Shown: positions 58,222-64,000 of the stretch, in pieces
How the letters are laid out: the number at the start of each line of letters is the position of its first letter
Numbering within the stretch: position 1 is the stretch's first letter
NCBI GenBank assembly: GCA_951406725.2
Contig: OX597843.1
Coordinates: 10,292,001-10,356,000 of the forward strand
Reading direction: 5' to 3'
Source of the DNA: Octopus vulgaris
Lineage: Eukaryota
DNA length: 64,000 nucleotides
Notes under the pieces: model-generated
Seen by the model: the letters and a program-made list of their open reading frames with translations, nothing else
What the model was told of the DNA's origin: nothing
Databases searched by the model: none
Position numbers and translations under genes: made by a program

Positions 58222-58712
58222 TTGTTGAAGCCCTTGCGGAAAATAACAGCTGAAACTAAGTTAGTACATGGGTAATTATTTTATTTCGTATATTTTTCAC
58301 TTGTTTATTGCTATGGTTTTGTGTTGAGTTTGATCTGAGAACATAATCTTTTGTGGTGAATGACGATTTGACGTCTATATCTAGCATGTTGACTGTCCAC
58401 TTTTCGTGTTCAGTCCTTAATTGGTATATATAAATATTTTAATCTTCGGATTCTTTTTAATATGCTAGACCACTGGTCTTAATTGATAAATATCAATTTC
58501 TACCCTTAATTAATTTTATATAAATAAATATGTTCTCTAACCGATAAATTAACTGCTGCTAATTATTAGCTGCAGGCTAGTTTTCTCGGGTTTCAACGCG
58601 CCAAAGTAAAGGCATTTGAAAGATATATTCAAATGTAATAGGCTGAACTCCATGCACGCGATATTTCGGTATCGTGTTTGCATCTAGTCCAGCAAATTAC
58701 ATTTATAACGGA

Positions 58713-58777
58713 CCATGCTGATGATGGCTGCAGTTTTCCTTGCGGAAAATAACAGCTGAAACTAAGTTAGTACATGG
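58713..58777 (+). ncRNA. type I hammerhead ribozyme motif
   Basis: ccatg-CTGATGA-t-ggctg cag ttttcc ttgc ggaaaa taa cagct-GAAA-ctaagtta-GTA-catgg; predicted cut after A58772. Confidence 0.85.
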
Positions 58778-59219
58778 GTAATTATTTTATTTCGTATATT
58801 TTTCACTTGTTTATTGCTATGGTTTTGTGTTGAGTTTGATCTGAGAACATAATCTTTTGTGGTGAATGACGATTTGACGTCTATATCTAGCATGTTGACT
58901 GTCCACTTTTCGTGTTCAGTCCTTAATTGGTATATATAAATATTTTAATCTTCGGATTCTTTTTTAATATGCTAGACCACTGGTCTTAATTGATAAATAT
59001 CAATTTCTACCCTTAATTAATTTTATATAAATAAATATGTTCTCTAACCGATAAATTAACTGCTGCTAATTATTAGCTGCAGGCTAGTTTTCTCGGGTTT
59101 CAACGCGCCAAAGTAAAGGCATTTGAAAGATATATTCAAATGTAATAGGCTGAACTCCATGCACGCGATATTTCGGTATCGTGTTTGCATCTAGTCCAGC
59201 AAATTACATTTATAACGGA

Positions 59220-59284
59220 CCATGCTGATGATGGCTGCAGTTTTCCTTGCGGAAAATAACAGCTGAAACTAAGTTAGTACATGG
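59220..59284 (+). ncRNA. type I hammerhead ribozyme motif
   Basis: Identical to 58713-58777. Confidence 0.85.
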
Positions 59285-59725
59285 GTAATTATTTTATTTC
59301 GTATATTTTTCACTTGTTTATTGCTATGGTTTTGTGTTGAGTTTGATCTGAGAACATAATCTTTTGTGGTGAATGACGATTTGACGTCTATATCTAGCAT
59401 GTTGACTGTCCACTTTTCGTGTTCAGTCCTTAATTGGTATATATAAATATTTTAATCTTCGGATTCTTTTTTAATATGCTAGACCACTGGTCTTAATTGA
59501 TAAATATCAATTTCTACCCTTAATTAATTTTATATAAATAAATATGTTCTCTAACCGATAAATTAACTGCTGCTAATTATTAGCTGCAGGCTAGTTTTCT
59601 CGGGTTTCAACGCGCAAAGTAAAGGCATTTGAAAGATATATTCAAATGTAATAGGCTGAACTCCATGCACGCGATATTTCGGTATCGTGTTTGCATCTAG
59701 TCCAGCAAATTACATTTATAACGGA

Positions 59726-59790
59726 CCATGCTGATGATGGCTGCAGTTTTCCTTGCGGAAAATAACAGCTGAAACTAAGTTAGTACATGG
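59726..59790 (+). ncRNA. type I hammerhead ribozyme motif
   Basis: Identical to 58713-58777. Confidence 0.85.
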
Positions 59791-60235
59791 GTAATTATTT
59801 TATTTCGTAGATATTTTTCACTTGTTTATTGCTATGGTTTTGTGTTGAGTTTGATCTGAGAACATAATCTTTTGTGGTGAATGACGATTTGACGTCTATA
59901 TCTAGCATGTTGACTGTCCACTTTTCGTGTTCAGTCCTTAATTGGTATATATAAATATTTTAATCTTCGGATTCTTTTTTTAATATGCTAGACCACTGGT
60001 CTTAATTGATAAATATCAATTTCTACCCTTAATTAATTTTATATAAATAAATATGTTCTCTAACCGATAAATTAACTGCTGCTAATTATTAGCTGCAGGC
60101 TAGTTTTCTCGGGTTTCAACGCGCCAAAGTAAAGGCATTTGAAAGATATATTCAAATGTAATAGGCTGAACTCCATGCACGCGATATTTCGGTATCGTGT
60201 TTGCATCTAGTCCAGCAAATTACATTTATAACGGA

Positions 60236-60300
60236 CCATGCTGATGATGGCTGCAGTTTTCCTTGCGGAAAATAACAGCTGAAACTAAGTTAGTACATGG
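60236..60300 (+). ncRNA. type I hammerhead ribozyme motif
   Basis: Identical to 58713-58777. Confidence 0.85.
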
Positions 60301-60743
60301 GTAATTATTTTATTTCGTATATTTTTCACTTGTTTATTGCTATGGTTTTGTGTTGAGTTTGATCTGAGAACATAATCTTTTGTGGTGAATGACGATTTGA
60401 CGTCTATATCTAGCATGTTGACTGTCCACTTTTCGTGTTCAGTCCTTAATTGGTATATATAAATATTTTAATCTTCGGATTCTTTTTTTAATATGCTAGA
60501 CCACTGGTCTTAATTGATAAATATCAATTTCTACCCTTAATTAATTTTATATAAATAAATATGTTCTCTAACCGATAAATTAACTGCTGCTAATTATTAG
60601 CTGCAGGCTAGTTTTCTCGGGTTTCAACGCGCCAAAGTAAAGGCATTTGAAAGATATATTCAAATGTAATAGGCTGAACTCCATGCACGCGATATTTCGG
60701 TATCGTGTTTGCATCTAGTCCAGCAAATTACATTTATAACGGA

Positions 60744-60808
60744 CCATGCTGATGATGGCTGCAGTTTTCCTTGCGGAAAATAACAGCTGAAACTAAGTTA
60801 GTACATGG
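60744..60808 (+). ncRNA. type I hammerhead ribozyme motif
   Basis: Identical to 58713-58777. Confidence 0.85.
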
Positions 60809-60958
60809 GTAATTATTTTATTTCGTATATTTTTCACTTGTTTATTGCTATGGTTTTGTGTTGAGTTTGATCTGAGAACATAATCTTTTGTGGTGAATGA
60901 CGATTTGACGTCTATATCTAGCATGTTGACTGTCCACTTTTCGTGTTCATCCTTAATT

Positions 60959-61054
<96 letters not shown>

Positions 61055-61090
61055 TGGGAAAGTTGGTGTGTGAAAGCACGTGGTTGGATG

Positions 61091-61404
61091 TATAGAAAAT
61101 AGAAAAGAGCGAAAAAACTACAGAAGGCTTGTTTTATAAGGTTAAAGAATATATTTAAGTCGTTATGTGAGAAGAATGTTATAAAATTTTTCAAATAGTA
61201 ACATACATGCAGTGTGACATGACACGATGTAGGTAAAGATATTTGAGAAATTTGAAAAGTTAACAGGAAACCAGTAATTTCTTCAAAAACTATGTTACTG
61301 TATGAAAAATTTTATAACATTCTTCTAACATAACGACTTAAATATATTCTTTAACCTTATAAAACAAGCCTTCTGTAGTTTATCACTCTTTTCTATTTTC
61401 TATA
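61091..61404. repeat. inverted repeat (~113-bp arms) between (TA)n tracts
   Basis: 61091-61204 is the reverse complement of 61291-61404. Confidence 0.85.
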
Positions 61405-61669
61405 TATATATATATATATATACCCAAGAAAAAAGCAACAAGAATGGATTAGTAGTTTAGTACAATTGTTTCATACTAAGAGCAATTTTATTTGAAGCTG
61501 CAAATATTGCAGCAAATGCTTTTTTCTTGGTTATAATCACCCCACATTATTTTATAGTTAATACCATAAAGAATTCTGGTGCATCTAAGTAAAGTACCAC
61601 ATTCATTTGAATTCATTGGAATTCACTTGAATCTTAATTGTTTTTGCAGAATTTATATATATATATATA

Positions 61670-61971
61670 TAATAAATATTAGGGAATGAATCCAAAATTA
61701 CAGGGAAAAATCAGATTTAGGGTTAAATCCAATTTTATAGTAAAATATTATATAATATAATTCGAGACAAAACCACTATTTTAAAATCAAACAAGGAAAG
61801 ACTTAATCAATACATAAAATTTTAATATAAATTAAATAAACCGCCACTACAATTGTTTCCTGTCTGCTACTGACATTCTTGTAGTGGCGGTTTATTTAAT
61901 TTATATTAAAATTTTATGTATTGATTAAGTCTTTCCTTGTTTGATTTTAAAATAGTGGTTTTGTCTCGAAT

Positions 61972-61980
<9 letters not shown>
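61670..61980. mobile_element. fold-back element, same family as 47343-47750, with an HHR 3' half at the centre
   Basis: Arms ~61751-61852 and 61879-61980; minus-strand GAAA-caatt-GTA-gtggcgg. Confidence 0.75.
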
Positions 61981-62016
<36 letters not shown>

Positions 62017-62019
62017 TGC

Positions 62020-63925
<1,906 letters not shown>

Positions 63926-64000
63926 TATATATATATATATATAACATAGTAAATAGGGTAATAAAAAATAAATTATTATTATCAGTGACCCAGCACAAAA

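Larger units (their letters stand above)
58232..60962 (+). repeat. ~507-bp head-to-tail array (5.4 units), one hammerhead per unit; retrozyme / Penelope pseudo-LTR-like
   Basis: Periods 506-510 bp; units nearly identical; no ORF; ends in (TA)n. Confidence 0.95.

Overview
This is repeat-saturated, AT-rich eukaryotic DNA. The tRNA-derived SINE families and microsatellite load look like an Octopus/coleoid cephalopod genome (inferred, not searched). No intact protein-coding gene is recognisable, and nearly all listed ORFs are translations of microsatellites or SINEs. The window contains five SINE families, decayed RTE and CR1-group LINE fragments, a decayed DD37D (maT-type) Tc1/mariner element, and hAT, piggyBac and Helitron-type non-autonomous elements. 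It also has a 100-N gap next to a ~2 kb near-identical duplication. The main signal is a dense set of non-coding elements carrying type I hammerhead ribozyme (HHR) motifs. These are a ~507-bp head-to-tail array with an inverted arm (57.3-61.0 kb), a 361-bp tandem repeat (two loci), a 534-bp unit and several solo or hairpin elements. They mostly sit in (TA)n, and several break at the predicted self-cleavage site, which resembles retrozymes or Penelope-like pseudo-LTRs. Other notable items are a two-MITE composite with nested target-site duplications (TSDs), a SINE/LINE shared 3' stem-loop with compensatory changes, and a SINE dimer inserted as one unit. All structures were read by eye; no activity or database match has been tested.
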